Below are positions 30,105 to 42,745 of a DNA stretch of 64,000 bases, piece by piece. The stretch is from Flaccisagitta enflata (Eukaryota). The notes under the pieces were generated by a model. That model ran no database searches. It was not told where the DNA came from and saw only the letters and a program-made list of their open reading frames with translations. The stretch covers positions 17,174,001 to 17,238,000 of the forward strand of contig OZ231126.1 of NCBI GenBank assembly GCA_965153355.1, read 5' to 3'. A program made the position numbers and the translations under genes. Position 1 is the stretch's first letter. The number at the start of each line of letters is the position of its first letter.

Positions 30105-30894
30105 TTCAAGGTATTATGAAGCCAAAATAGTACAAACGGCTCAGAGGGGACACTGTCAATCTAATTTGCATTTTGCAGCTCTATAGTGACCATAAAAAAA
30201 CTTCCTGAATGTCATTTTTTTCAGGTGCATAGGTCCTCCTTTAGTAGATCAATTGTACATCAGTCTAACAGTCGAGTCCATCTCTTGATATCTGCAATGC
30301 CTAAGAGCCATTCCATACTTTGAACACTATTATATTGGAACTTATTCTGCTCCTTGCAGTCTTTAGAATACCTAAAAAATCATCTAAAATTGCAAAAGGT
30401 CGAGGCATTTCTGTTTGTTTAACTTAGTAATTCTCTAAGAGGTCCTAACATCTATGCTTTATACACTCAGTAACTCATGGGCCGTCTGATTATTTGTTAT
30501 TGTAAATCAAGAGATAGAGAAGTGTCCACTTGTTTTCCACCCGCTTTTTCAACTAGCTTGGCAGCTAAAACAAAATGAAATCTTGAGAAAGCACACTGTC
30601 AATCTTATTTGCATATTGCAGCTTTATGGTATCCCAGTAAAAACTTCCTCAACATTTCTTTTTAGATGCGTGAATCGATATTTTGTAGATCATTAGTCCA
30701 TCAGGCTAACAGTCAGGTCCATATCTTGAAATCTCCAATGCCTCAGAGCTATTCCATAATTTGACCACTATCATATTTGATTTCATTTTGCTCCTCACAG
30801 TCTAACAAATGAAGGTGACTGGTACATAAAGCATTTTGCTTATTTCAAATGAGAATTCATAGAGGAAAGACTGCCCTGTTGACCATGTATTAAG

Positions 30895-31045
30895 TTTTTA
30901 GTTGCCGACACGCGACTCTACACCTCGCCACGTTGGTAGGTTGGTAGGTTGGTAAGCTACTAACTTTTTTGAACTGCGAGCAGTTTTTGCATTACGGCCC
31001 CTGCCCAACCATCTGCAACGGTCTTGCCATAAATCCGGCCTTGTT
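30895..31045 (+). mobile_element. DINE-like element, family A
   Basis: Family A termini. Confidence 0.7.
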
Positions 31046-33516
31046 TATATTAGCCATTCTATGCAATATGAGATAGAGTGACCTATGACCACAGCTGCAT
31101 TATCAGGTGCAACAAAGCACCTATAAAACTGGCTGTGTCCAACGGTTGGTCAGTCGTTTGGTTGGTTGATTGGTAGCGCATTCATTTGATGATCCACATG
31201 TCGCACCCTACTTGGCCTTGTGTATGTTCTTTTAAATCATCAACAAGTAGAGTGACAGAAATACACAGCAACATCATTATGCTAATGAGATTCTCATATC
31301 ATTTTGATTTTTGTTGTTGGAGAAATGGAACTAAATCTAGTTTGCATATTGCTGCATGCGTTTTAACCTGCTATGGTTGTCTTTTTTACTTAGTACGGGG
31401 TTATTTGATCATGTCATATGGTCATTGAATGTAAGCAGGAAAAAATTTTTCCTCACTGCAGTAATTCTCATTTTCATCTGTGACCTCAGGCAAAATCCTT
31501 ATTCATCACAATGGTAAACATGAAGCTTGTTTAATAGGTCAAATCATATTAATTCAAGGAAACGTAACTTTGGCAGAACCTAACACTTTGCTGTTACAGT
31601 CTGTCTCGCTCTAATTATCTCTCTATCTAACCAGTCATTGATCAGTCCCTCATAATTATTTCTGAGATTTTTATTTTGTTATTTTTTTTTCTTAGTGCTA
31701 TAGGTCGCTGTAAGGTGCGCAAGTGTCAAATACTATTGTACTACAGTTTTGTAGTACTGCCCCTGTCTTACTGATTTGGGCTTGATCATTTTCACAGGAG
31801 TGTTCACTTTTTTTTCCATGGTATAATAATCACCACATTTGAATTGTAGGCCTTGATTACTCATACTTTAGAAGCCGTATTTTGATTTAGTTTTTGATGG
31901 GGCTTTTATCCTTTGACAATATAGTTAACTAGCAGGTTGAAACAAGCGTAGATCAAGCTGTTGAAAATCATAAAATTGGAATTGAACTCTTTAACCAAAA
32001 AAGAAATAGATGCAGTTTGGGTCAAGTGTTCTTTCCACACAGCACAGAGCCCAAACTCACATTTTGAATACCTTGTTTTTGTTTTACATCACTGAAGATT
32101 CAAAAAGAAACTTTCAGCAATATGTAAATAAGGATTGATACAAGCTGCTGTGAATGTCTGATTCAAACTTTGAAAGTAAGTAAAAAGAAATCGTTTGCAT
32201 ACTGCAGTCATGTCAATTCTTAATGGCTTGGCATCTAGCATCATAAATGAGAGATATTTTTGTATGCTTAAACAATTTTTGCAACACAAACTTTCAGTAG
32301 TTTGATAATTGAGATATTTGGTCTTGTGCTACTTCTTTATTGCCTTCAATATTACCTTTGTCCTACAAGACACAAATGAAATCAATTTTAGAGAACTAGT
32401 CAATTTCTGGGCGATAAGAATGTTTTTACAGCTCATGTAGTTCATCACAGAATTTTTTTTGTGAATAATTTTCTCACTTTGAATTTAAAAGTGTCAGATT
32501 CATTGATGAAATATTGAAAAACAATTATGTCACTCAATCCAAGTAAATCACATGCAAGTTGAAAAAAGGCTTCACTCATACTTTAAAGTCTTTTGTTCTT
32601 TTGTTTTCATTGCCTAGTTTAGTGGGAAAACTCAAGATGGCATCAAACTACAGCAAATTTTTCTTTGCGGTTCTACTGCTGCTGTCCCTGCAGTTTTGGA
32701 CCTCTCACAAGACTGGTTCTACTGCTGCGGTTCTACTGCTGCTGTCCCTGGAGTCTTTGACCTCTCACAAGACCTTTCAAGTGCAGATCAGAGGTTTCAA
32801 GTGCCTTTTGCTCTTTTTTTCAGGAAAGATGAGAAGAGACTGAGAAAAAAGACAAGTGGTGGCCCTCTTTAGTCTGATTTAGACATGAAAAAAGGGAACA
32901 ACGCCATTGTTTATTTTGGTTGTTTTGAAAGAAGCTAAGACATAAAACAACTCGTTTTTTGTCTTAGATTAAAGAGGAGACTAAGACCTTCCTTTTGGTC
33001 TACAAAACATGCATGTTGTGCTTCCCTAAATGTGTTTTATTCATGACTTTTTGAATCTTTCATTTTTAACTGTTTATCTGTTTGTTTACACTAGTAAACA
33101 GAGACCATGAGCCATGACTTGTTTAACTTAAGCTCTATGAAGCATGATCTACGTCCAGAAAAAAATCGCACGTCTCTAGCTGCTCTGGTTTAGATTTCAA
33201 TTTTTATTCAAACACCCGTTATACGCTCATTGTCCTGTAATCATTGTTTGTTTTGGTAAGACACATCAGGCCAAATAAAAAATGGAAGAAGTAAGCTTCA
33301 ATATTCGCACCATGGCAGGAAAAATGCCTAAGCGTTTCTTGTCCGTTGTATTTGCCGAGTAATCTAAAAATGGCAAAAACTAATGGAGATGGAATGGGCG
33401 TTGCTAAGAGGCGCCCACGAGGCGGTCAATTTGTTACGATTAATAGAAAAACGTCAAAGCTTCATTGTTCTTCATTCCCAGTACGACGAGCGCTCACCTT
33501 CCTCTATCCGTTCTGT

Positions 33517-34098
33517 TACATTCATCTCAAATGGCAAAATGTGTTATGCCAAGACGCATTATCTGACAAGTCTGGTACTTTTTTTACCTTAAGGTACATT
33601 GTTTGACGTTTTTTGTGTTTAAATTTAATTGGTCTGGGTGATATAGTTTAGTCACAGCATCAATTTGAAGTTAGACAAGTATACACGCAAAAAAAATTTT
33701 ATTCAATAAAAATCATTCTCGAGGCAGGGGTTATTTTCAAACCGTTCAAGCTGCAGATGTCAGATTTGTCTCAAATGAACAAAAAAGATTATCATCCTCC
33801 AATTCATTCTTTAGTTTAACAAAAAATTGATACTTATGCTTAATTTGTCAGGAAAAAACTGCAACTTAAACAAGAATGGTTATTGCAAGTGAAGGTAAAT
33901 TGAGCTCAAGCCCCTGAATACTTATATTGCTTCAAATTGATGTTGTGGCCAAACTACTTGACCTAGACCAATGAAGTTTAGACACAAAAAACATCATACA
34001 ATATACTTTAAAGTAAAAAAAAAAATCCACACCTGTCAGATGATAAGTTTGGGGCTGAAAGCTTGATACTTTTTGCCATTTGAGATGAATGACCCTGT
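33517..34098. mobile_element. Tc1/mariner-type MITE with long inverted arms
   Basis: CATTCATCTCAAATGGCAAAA ... TTTTGCCATTTGAGATGAATGACCCTG|ta; left tip eroded. Confidence 0.75.
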
Positions 34099-34213
34099 AT
34101 AACGTCCATCTATCTCTGTCTGTCCATAGCACTTTTCATCTTTCTGGAGGAAAGGTTTTCCGGGGGAAGGGGGCTGCCATATTGCTATTGGGATCCCTAC
34201 TCATCTATTTGTA

Positions 34214-34650
34214 CAGTACTATGGGAGCAATAAGGACCTCAGATGGAGGGTCATTTCCTGCTGCACTATCTTAATGAAGTAGCTTGAACTATGGCTTTTC
34301 TGAAAGCTGATTGGCAAGAGCTTTGAGTGGACATAGTTTCATACCTCTAGCTGTAACTTTTGACCAAAAAGAAAAAAAGTGCAACACCTCTCTGGATTGA
34401 ACCCGTGACTCTGAAGAGAAGAAAATGTCACCCTCAAGTTCAGCACTCTACCAACAGAGCTATCGCACCACATGCAATGATAATATATCAATTTTCAGTT
34501 TTCTTTTGAATCACTTGATGTGGAATTATATGTTCACTCAATACCTTGGACCATCAGCTTTCCAAAAAACTAAAGCTTAAGGTTCTTCCTTCAAACAATA
34601 AGAATATAGAAGGCCCTCTTTGTACTGCCCTTATTGCTCCCACCGTGCTG
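34214..34650. mobile_element. TA-flanked MITE containing a tRNA-like segment
   Basis: TIRs CAGTACTATGGGAGCAATAAGG / CCTTATTGCTCCCACCGTGCTG, TA on both sides. Confidence 0.8.
34381..34469 (-). pseudogene. tRNA-derived segment (Pol III A and B boxes)
   Basis: Minus strand GGTGCGATAGCTCTGTTGGTAGAG ... GGGTTCAATCC followed by a T-rich tract; no intact cloverleaf. Confidence 0.6.
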
Positions 34651-34661
34651 TATGCAACATC

Positions 34662-34820
34662 TTTTTAGTCGCGGACACGCGACTCTACACCTTACCGTGT
34701 CGGTCGGTGGGTCGGTCCGTCAGTCCGTCGGTCCGTCACATTTTTGAATTCCGAGCGGGTTTTGCATTACTGCTCCTGCCCAACCGTCCGCGACTGGACT
34801 TCCGTGTATCCGGCCTTGTT
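34662..34820 (+). mobile_element. DINE-like element, family A
   Basis: AGTCGCGGAC...GTCCGCGACT and terminal hairpin. Confidence 0.85.
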
Positions 34821-35027
34821 TATCTATCTTGACTCCACACTATCCTCTGTTAGATATTAATTTTTTATCAAAAATCACGAAGCTAACGCTTTTCTGCCCT
34901 TTCCCCCCCCCCCTCCCATATTTTCCCCCTCAACACCCTTGAAAGCGAAAGGGTACTCGCTATGAAACGTTGTTAACAATACCATTTGTGGTGTAGAGGT
35001 GGTAGAGTGTGCCATCAGTTTGTCTAG

Positions 35028-35914
35028 GGGTGTGTTTCTACTCAAAGACACAAACGCGATTCTAAGGTGGGTTTTGCAAATCGCGTTTTTACTTCACTCT
35101 TCCTGAAAAAAATTGGGGCACAAGGTAAATTCAAACCAACTCCAAGTTGTCTAATGAAATCGATTCTTTTAATTCTAAAGTAAACGCCCTAACCAACCAC
35201 GCCATTAGGACATTCATTCAAACATGTAAAACTTCGGTGGCATATTTTTACAACATTGGATCACTTTATGGGGGTTCAGTTCTGTAATGGCTATCTTATT
35301 CAATTGCCTTTCTATTAAAGCAGAAATGATTTCAGATCTACTATGCGAATTAAAAAAAAAGACGCACCTTTGTATTTGCTGATAAAACTGACTTAAAAAG
35401 TACAAAAAATTTTTTACAGAAACAGTGATTTTGAAGATTTTCAAATTATCTTTCATTCTAGACCAATCCCAGATCTGTATCTTTAACGGTTTAGGAGCTA
35501 GAGCTCTTTAAAGTGAGACACCATTTTGCTGAATTGCATCTTTTTCAAAGGGACTGCAAAAACAAATTTGGCAACGTTTTTACTCAAACTAATGCCATTT
35601 CCAAATGAAAAAAGATAGAGATACCAGATTGGCGCCAAATGAAAGTTTTTCAAGAGCTTCAAAATGGTCTAAGATTTTAGTTAGTTTTTGTGATTTTCAA
35701 TGGCGCAATCAATCATTCAAAAGTGCGTCTTTTTTTTTAATTCATATAGTACCTTCGAGAGTCTCAGTGGCGCAGGTGGTAGTTCTATGAATCAGATCTA
35801 TTTTGAGCGTGGGTTCAATCCCTGCAAGTGGCAAATATTTTTCAGGATGAGGGTGGTTAAAATCGCGAATTTCAAAATCTACCTGAGTTTGTGGCTTTGA
35901 GTAGAAACGCACCC
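35028..35914. mobile_element. MITE, possibly PIF/Harbinger-type
   Basis: TIR GGGTG[T/C]GTTTCTACTCAAAG[A/C]CACAAAC at both ends; TSD unclear. Confidence 0.7.
35760..35831 (+). pseudogene. tRNA-like segment (A box TGGCGCAGGTGG, B box GGTTCAATCC)
   Basis: A/B-box spacing is tRNA-like; no intact cloverleaf. Confidence 0.5.
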
Positions 35915-36176
35915 TTAGTCCGTTTCCTCTCTGGGATGTTCCCCGTGATCGTTCACGGCGGTTAACGATTTGTTCAACGCCATGATGGTCATTACGGGTC
36001 TAAAAAAGCCAATGAAAAAAGTTTTGAATTGCAGTAGATGTCGTCTAGACTGGGGTATGTCCGTATGTGTGAGAGCTCATAACTGGAATAGGAATACTCA
36101 TTGCCCTTAAAGAATGGAAATGAGGGTTGACGGTGGATTATGGCAGGTTTTTGAACTAAAATCTCCTTTGAATTAG

Positions 36177-36253
<77 letters not shown>

Positions 36254-36525
36254 CCCTCCGTGAGTGTAAAAACGCGCGTTTTAGATGCTGATGTGGTGAC
36301 TGTATTTTTGCATGAATGTATGTGTGTGTGGACGGGAGGCGAAGTTTCTACGCTCCTGCCCACCCGTCCGCGGTGATACTGCAACCCCAGACTACTTGTT
36401 TGTCAAGAACTCCTCCAATAAAGTAAGCTTTAATGGCCAGCCAATGGCAAGTTCTTTTTTCTTTGATGTCTTTATTTTTTTTCAACGGAATATTGGCCGT
36501 CCTCCCATTTCAAGCTTTCATGATT

Positions 36526-36609
<84 letters not shown>

Positions 36610-36851
36610 AATGGGGCAGACAGGCACAGACAAAGAGACGGGGAGTCATTCATAGCCTTCAATTTTCAAACGTTATGCAAAAACTTGTAAAATAAGTTTT
36701 AATGCAAATTTTCCAACAATTCTAAGCATCTTTGTTTTTTACACCAGCAAACCGCTGGCAACGACGCCATACGTAATGCACATCACCGCTGCCCCTGTTG
36801 AGCTTTTGGCCTCCTTAATTACATGACCTACCGCTCTGAATGAGTTACTTA

Positions 36852-37447
36852 CCATCTTGGCCTTAAAGATCCGGACAGTTTTAAAGTGTTATAACCCGTT
36901 TAATTCTAATCACAGTGAGATCTTTTTTTTTTTTTTTTCAAAATTCGCATCTTTACAAAATCTATCAAATGAGAACAAGCTGATTCCTGTATCTTTATCC
37001 ATCTAGAAATGAGAGACGAATGAAGAAAACATTTCCTTTTTGCAAGTGTGGTGGGCCAATTTTTGTTTGTTTATGGAAGATGGTGCACTGGCGCATTGCG
37101 CCAAATGTACTGAAAAATCGATAAGTTAAGCTCGTCTAGGGTTAGCCCAGATCAATTTGGATCTCAATCCAATTCAGATCTCAAAGATTCAAACGGAAAA
37201 CCTGCAGAAACTCTGGAAAACAACATTCAAAGCAGGGCTGAAATGAATTACATTAAACGTTTGAAACAACATCACTCCAGACCACCTCCAGTCTCTCTAC
37301 AAGTCCATGCCAAAGCGTATGCAGGCAGTGGTGGATGCCCAGCATGGACATACTTAATATTAGATGCATTTTGATAGGTTTGCTGCTCACTTTTGGTCAA
37401 CAAATTAACTTATACACCTACTGCCCGGATCTTTATGGCCAAGATGG
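36852..37447 (+). mobile_element. Tc1 internal-deletion derivative with a transposase C-terminal remnant
   Basis: TIR CCATCTTGGCC[T/A]TAAAGATCCGG[A/G]CAG with TA flanks. 37262-37363 translates *NNITPDHLQSLYKSMPKRMQAVVDAQHGHT*Y*, the Tc1 'SMPxR...GGxTKY' end; SPD/DLNPI remnant near 37145. Confidence 0.88.
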
Positions 37448-37482
37448 TACTTCTTTTTCTTTCAGTTTTCCATATTCATCGT

Positions 37483-37689
37483 TTTTAGTCGCGTGCTACG
37501 CGACTCTACACCCCGCTTTGTCGGTCCATTGGTCCGTCCATCGGTGCGTCCATCCGTCGGTCTGTAACACTTTCTTTTTTTTTTTTGCGGTCTTTGGCCT
37601 CACTGCTCCTGCCCAAATGATCAAGTAACCTCAATTACAGCCCCTGCCCACCCGCACGCGACTTGGGTAGCTGTGTATCCGGCCTTGTA
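37483..37689 (+). mobile_element. DINE-like element, family A
   Basis: Family A termini. Confidence 0.8.
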
Positions 37690-38160
37690 TAATCTCAAAT
37701 GAAGGGCGTCAGTTTTGTTCTAAATCTAGACTAATCTGGTGACATTAATTAAATTCATTTTGATGAAAATGGGTCTACTCGAAACAATTGCTCACATTTG
37801 AAAATTACCTTTAAGAAAGAAAATACAGCCAATCCAAGATTTATTCAATAGTGTCATTTTCAACAAAGTTATTATATGGCCAAAATGTGCACCTCGCATA
37901 CAAAGCACGTATGGAATGAATGAATTCATGAATAAATGAATGAATGATCTGGGGAAAATGAAATGTTTGAAGGCTAGCTTGATAAAAATTGATTGAAAAT
38001 GAAAATTGAATGCCAATGGCTTTAGCCCTTTTAAAGCCTTCTTTTGGTAAAGTGTGACCTACGGACAGACAAACAGATGGAGAAAGTACTTTTAGGTATG
38101 CGCCATGCGGGGACGCACATTAAAAGGCAGCACAAAAATACAATCCTCAGTGGCCTCTAG

Positions 38161-38462
38161 AACAAGTGACACGGGATCCCGATATCGTTGCGGACGGGTG
38201 GGCATGGGCAGCCAACCCCCATCCACACCTAATACCCCACCCAACACCCTTTCCAACACAGACACTTACACAAAAAGCTGTAAAACGCTCGTTTTTCCAC
38301 TTTTTGACTCATGCTCACGGACAAACGGACCAACGGACCATCGGACCGACGGACCAAAGGACCGACGGACCAAAGGACCGACGGACCGACGGACCAACGG
38401 GCCAACGGACCAACGGACCGACGTACAATGCCTCTTATAGAGTTGCGTGTCCGCAACTAAAA
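38161..38462 (-). mobile_element. DINE-like element, family A
   Basis: Reverse-complement termini; ACGGACCA/ACGGACCG repeats. Confidence 0.8.
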
Positions 38463-39318
38463 AGCCTTTTCCCCTCTCCCAGCACAAACTGAATATTTGA
38501 TAATCTTTCATTCTACATTCTTTTTTTTTTTTTCCTACAGATCATTTTAACAATTCCAGTCGAGGACGGGCGTGCTGAGTCTTTAAACATGAGTTTTTAT
38601 ACTTTTTTACCCGAGCGATACGGACAAAAGGCCATACGGATGGACCATCATGGACGGGCAGAGTCTTTGATAATTGTAGAGTGACGATTACGCGAATAGA
38701 TAACCTACTCGGGGTAACCTTTTTAGTGCGAATTTCGCACTTCATTGGAGTAAATTTCTACTCAAGTGGGAGTTCCCACTTAACTGGATCTGAAAATTTA
38801 GCATGTCATTTCAGTTCCTACTTCAGTGGCTGCAGAAAAAAGAGCACTTATATCTTCATCTTAAATTCTTCATAAACATTGCTCATAAATAAATTTCTAA
38901 AATTTTTCTAGTGAAAAATATCTAATTTATATTTCATTTTATATTTTTTTCAAAAAATTTCCAACTCTTGATAACCATAAACTTATTTTTTTAACAATTT
39001 GTTATTTTTTACTCTTTTCATTTTTTTTTTATTTTCAGCAAGAAAACAGAAGTTGCATATGCCTTACAAAATCAAAATCAACAGAGAATCATCATAATCA
39101 TTTTTTTCAAGTGAAAACCAATGCCACTATAGTAGGAATTCTCATTTCAGTGGATTGAAAATTCACTTGAAGATTGTTCTAATAAGGATTCGCACTTCAG
39201 TGACTAGACCGCCTACTCATACATTACCTGCTGTGGTTGCGTCGTTCCATTTGCGTTGTTCCATTTAAGATATCTTGCCTTCTTATCAGCATGGTATTTC
39301 TTTCTTTCTTTCTTTCTT

Positions 39319-39419
<101 letters not shown>

Positions 39420-39568
39420 TCATTAATTTAGTTTCCCAGATCCTGGGGTTCAACCCCTTTCAATCAGATTGTTTCTCGCCTCAATGTTCATTGTTTCCAT
39501 TGATTTGAATATTTGGTTTCCGTGCTTGAGTACGTTACCCCTGAGACAACCTCCTTCTTACAGGAGAA

Positions 39569-39629
<61 letters not shown>

Positions 39630-39669
39630 GAGAGAGAGAGAGAGACAGAGAGACCGAGACAGACACATT

Positions 39670-40029
39670 TTAGACCTATTTAGACTTGAGGATTAAATCA
39701 GCAGGAGGAGCCTTGGATTTTTTTGTTTATTATAAGAGGGATGATTTTAGTTTTAAGACGTGAATTTCCCGTATATGGATAGCTGCATCCCTAAAAAATC
39801 AGCATTAGGAGTTTTTTATAGTCAATTGATACGTTATGCTAGAATAAACTCCAGTTTCCAGGCTTTTAAAGATAAAAGTAAGTGCTTATTTGATAGACTA
39901 TCAAAACAAGGTTATAAACTGGAGGATTTAAAAAGGCAAGGTCTAAGATTTTTTAAAGATAGAAATAATATCTTATTGAAATATAACCCAATTAACGGAA
40001 ATGACTTTATCAAAGATCTTTTTGCTTAG
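39670..40029 (+). pseudogene. Penelope-like retroelement RT C-terminal remnant, frameshifted
   Basis: YLDLRI...VYYKRDDFSFK / VNFPYMDSCIPKKSALGVFYSQLIRYARINS...RLSKQGY matches the pattern of the PLE RT end and thumb region (from memory). Confidence 0.75.
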
Positions 40030-40939
40030 CTGTAACAGGGTTGGATTGAACGGGTCCGGTCATCACCTTGTTCAGTATTGGCAAAATAATCAAAAGTTTA
40101 AAAATAAAGATTTAGAATTCTTCTTATATTGATAATATAATGTTTTCTAGGTTTTGAATGACTGAAGGAATAATAAGTGTTAAAGTAAGAATTATTTCCT
40201 TTTGTCAAAAGATACATACAGTGGAGGGCACCTTTTGGTGTGTGCCGCCTGTACCTGAGTATTGGAGTTAAAGGCACGAAACTCAATAGGGTATAGGTCT
40301 CCAACTGATGACCAGAAGCTGTATGTATCATTTAATTTAGAGTCAGAAAGCTTTTTTCTTTACCTTTATTAGTGTTTTTTGGACAAAATATACCCTTCAT
40401 GGAGACCTATCATCCCATGATATATCTTCTATGAAGATGAAGGCCTTTTTCCCTTTAATCATTTAGTATGGTAACCTTATCCCTGTAGTAAAAATTCACC
40501 ATCACCCAGCCCCCTTAATTGAAGAAAAGGATCAAAACTGGGGATATGGACACTTCAGTTCCAATTTTTCAATTAAGTTTATCTTGTATTTAGCTGAATT
40601 GGAAGTCCCATCCAATGCCAGAAGTCAGCGCTAGTATTCTAAGGTTACTACTTAAGCCCCTTTTAATATTTGATATTCTTTTTTAATTATCTAAGTTAAA
40701 ACAAGAGTCTTTTTATCTGTATAAAAATACTAATCCAAAGGTTTCTGATAATTACTTCTTAAACCAAAAAGTTAGGGGTTATAGCCTAAGATTGGATTTG
40801 TATGTATATGAGTGGAAGCATATATTCTACAGAAATAAAGTAACTTTTGCAATCTTTTTACAAGTAATTTTTTAACTATATTTTTCTATTTTTGTTGCAC
40901 ATGTCATAGTGACAGAGGCAGAGAGACAGAGAGAAGTGA

Positions 40940-41330
40940 TAGTCACAAAAGCCATAGGTGGCCAGCGATACCCAATGCCACTGAGTTTGAGCATGTGTAA
41001 GGGATGGGGTATCATGAGGAATTTTTGGGGCTTTGGGGTTGGGATAAAGGCTTTTAGGCCACAAGACTAAGTTATGGGTCCCAAGACCGAGACTTGGGTC
41101 CAGTTCTGAAATTTGGGCGTTGAGGTTGGGATTGGGGCCTTAAGGCTGAGACTTTGGCCTTGAAACTAAGATATGAGCCCCAAGGCTGGGATTTTGGCCT
41201 TGTGGCTTGGATCTGAGCCTGAGTGCTTAAGCCTCAGGGGGACGAATTAAGAGGTGAGAGAGGGAAATTGCCCCATACAGGCCATTAGTGAAAGCATAGA
41301 TCCTCGGCCCCTTCGGGGACACTGCTTGAA
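40940..41330 (-). mobile_element. Decayed DINE-like element, family B
   Basis: GGCCAGCGATACCC tail, degenerate 21-bp repeats, CCCTTCGGGG. Confidence 0.6.
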
Positions 41331-41333
41331 AAA

Positions 41334-41866
41334 CAGGCCGCCCAAGGGCAAAATGTGGTCAGTAGAGTTCGGCGATCTGGCTTATAAAAATCGGTGCAAT
41401 TAGGTTCAATTATTAAATTAAAAATCGCGAATATAGGTTCGGTTCAGATACTGCTATAACCGACTTCCGGTTGCGTTTATTATCGATTTTTATTTGCATA
41501 CTGACATTTTTTTTTTTTTGCATGATGATAAAGTGTGGATCATTTAAGAATAGCACTGATATTTTTCTTTTTTAAATCCTGCACTTTATTATTTATTTAC
41601 TTTTACTTTTTTTATATTTCATTGTTTTTTAGATGTGTCACTTTTTATCTTTTTTAAATTTTTTCTATTTTCTTATTTTTTTATTTTTTTTACTTTTTTT
41701 ACTTTTTTTACTTTTTATTCATTTTAATTTGTTTTAAGCTTTTCTTTTTTAACTTCTGTATTTTTTTATCTATTTTTCTATTTTTTATGTTTATTAAACT
41801 TTTGTTTACTTTCAAGTTATAAAAATTAAGCAAATGATCATCAAATTTGATGGATGCTAATATCAG

Positions 41867-41927
<61 letters not shown>

Positions 41928-42745
41928 CAGAGAGAGAGACAGAGAGAGAGGGAGAGAGATGATAGAAAGTCAGGAGAAGGGGGATAGGGGATATGAATTA
42001 AAGAAGAAACCGAGTCACTCGATCGGTTTATTGTTGTATTCCGATTTCCGGTCATTGATAAAATCGTAACCTAGTTTAGGTTATTATCGGGTACCCTTCG
42101 ACCGTTAGTGGTCAGCGATACCCGTTGCCCTGCTTTGCATGATTGTGAATTTGTGTGAGGGGTAGCAGGGCAGCGGCCCTGAAGGGGACGAAGTCCTGTA
42201 GAACACAGGGGGACTTTCGTTCGTCCTGCCTGAAAATGTTGATGAGATGCTATAATCAGCTGATTGAAGGCCTTCAAGAGTATGAAGGCTTTTCCACGGC
42301 TTACTTGAGGCTCAAGAGGCCAGGTTTGAGGCCATCAGGCCTGACCGGGCAGATTAGAGGCCTGACAGGCCAGATTTGAGGCCTGACAGGCCAGATTTGA
42401 GGCCTGACAGGCCAGATTCGACTTGAGGGGCTAGATCTAAAACCTGAGAGGGCTAATTGGAGGCCTGGGAGGCCAGGTTTGAGGCTTGACAGGCCAGATT
42501 TTAGGCCTGCAAGGCCAGATGGGGCCTGAGAGGCCGGATTTGAGAGGCTGGAATTGAGGCTTGAGAGGCCAGATTTGAGGCCTGACAGGCCAGATTTCAA
42601 GCCTGAGTTGCCGGATTTGAGGCGTGAGAGGCCTGATTTGAGGCCTGAGAGGCCTGATGGGGGGGACGGACAAACGGACGGACGGATGAACGAAAGTCCC
42701 CCTGTGTTCTACAGGACTTTGTCCCCTTCGGGCCGCTCCCCAAAA
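41334..42745 (-). mobile_element. Family B element with a nested 8-bp-TSD insertion (41363-42107)
   Basis: GTGGTCAG duplicated at 41355-41362 and 42108-42115, splitting the family B tail. Confidence 0.7.

Larger units (their letters stand above)
26590..30810 (-). repeat. Right array: 8 copies of the ~260-bp octamer module, period ~390-515 bp after removing insertions
   Basis: Each unit has CTGTCAATYTH[A/G]TTTGCATWTTG[C/T]AG ... GTAGATCAT..GTCC ... ATTTTGCTCC. Octamers start at 26641, 27155, 27569, 27961, 28791 (variant), 29242, 30164 and 30607. Confidence 0.92.

Noticed and set aside
26690-30670. Conserved T-run plus AG in each right unit as acceptors of a mutually exclusive exon array
   Set aside because: No conserved donor or long open frame follows, and left unit 3 lacks the AG; not fully excluded for a non-coding transcript.
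26436-30810. Module units as coding exons (e.g. ELQYANEIDSVP, MQMRLTV..., QWLLGIADIKKW) or as a recoded-stop ORF
   Set aside because: TGA, TAA and TAG all occur at varying positions, and spacing between conserved blocks differs by non-multiples of 3.
26590-30810. CRISPR array
   Set aside because: Eukaryotic context, units of ~400-500 bp homologous along most of their length, no cas genes.
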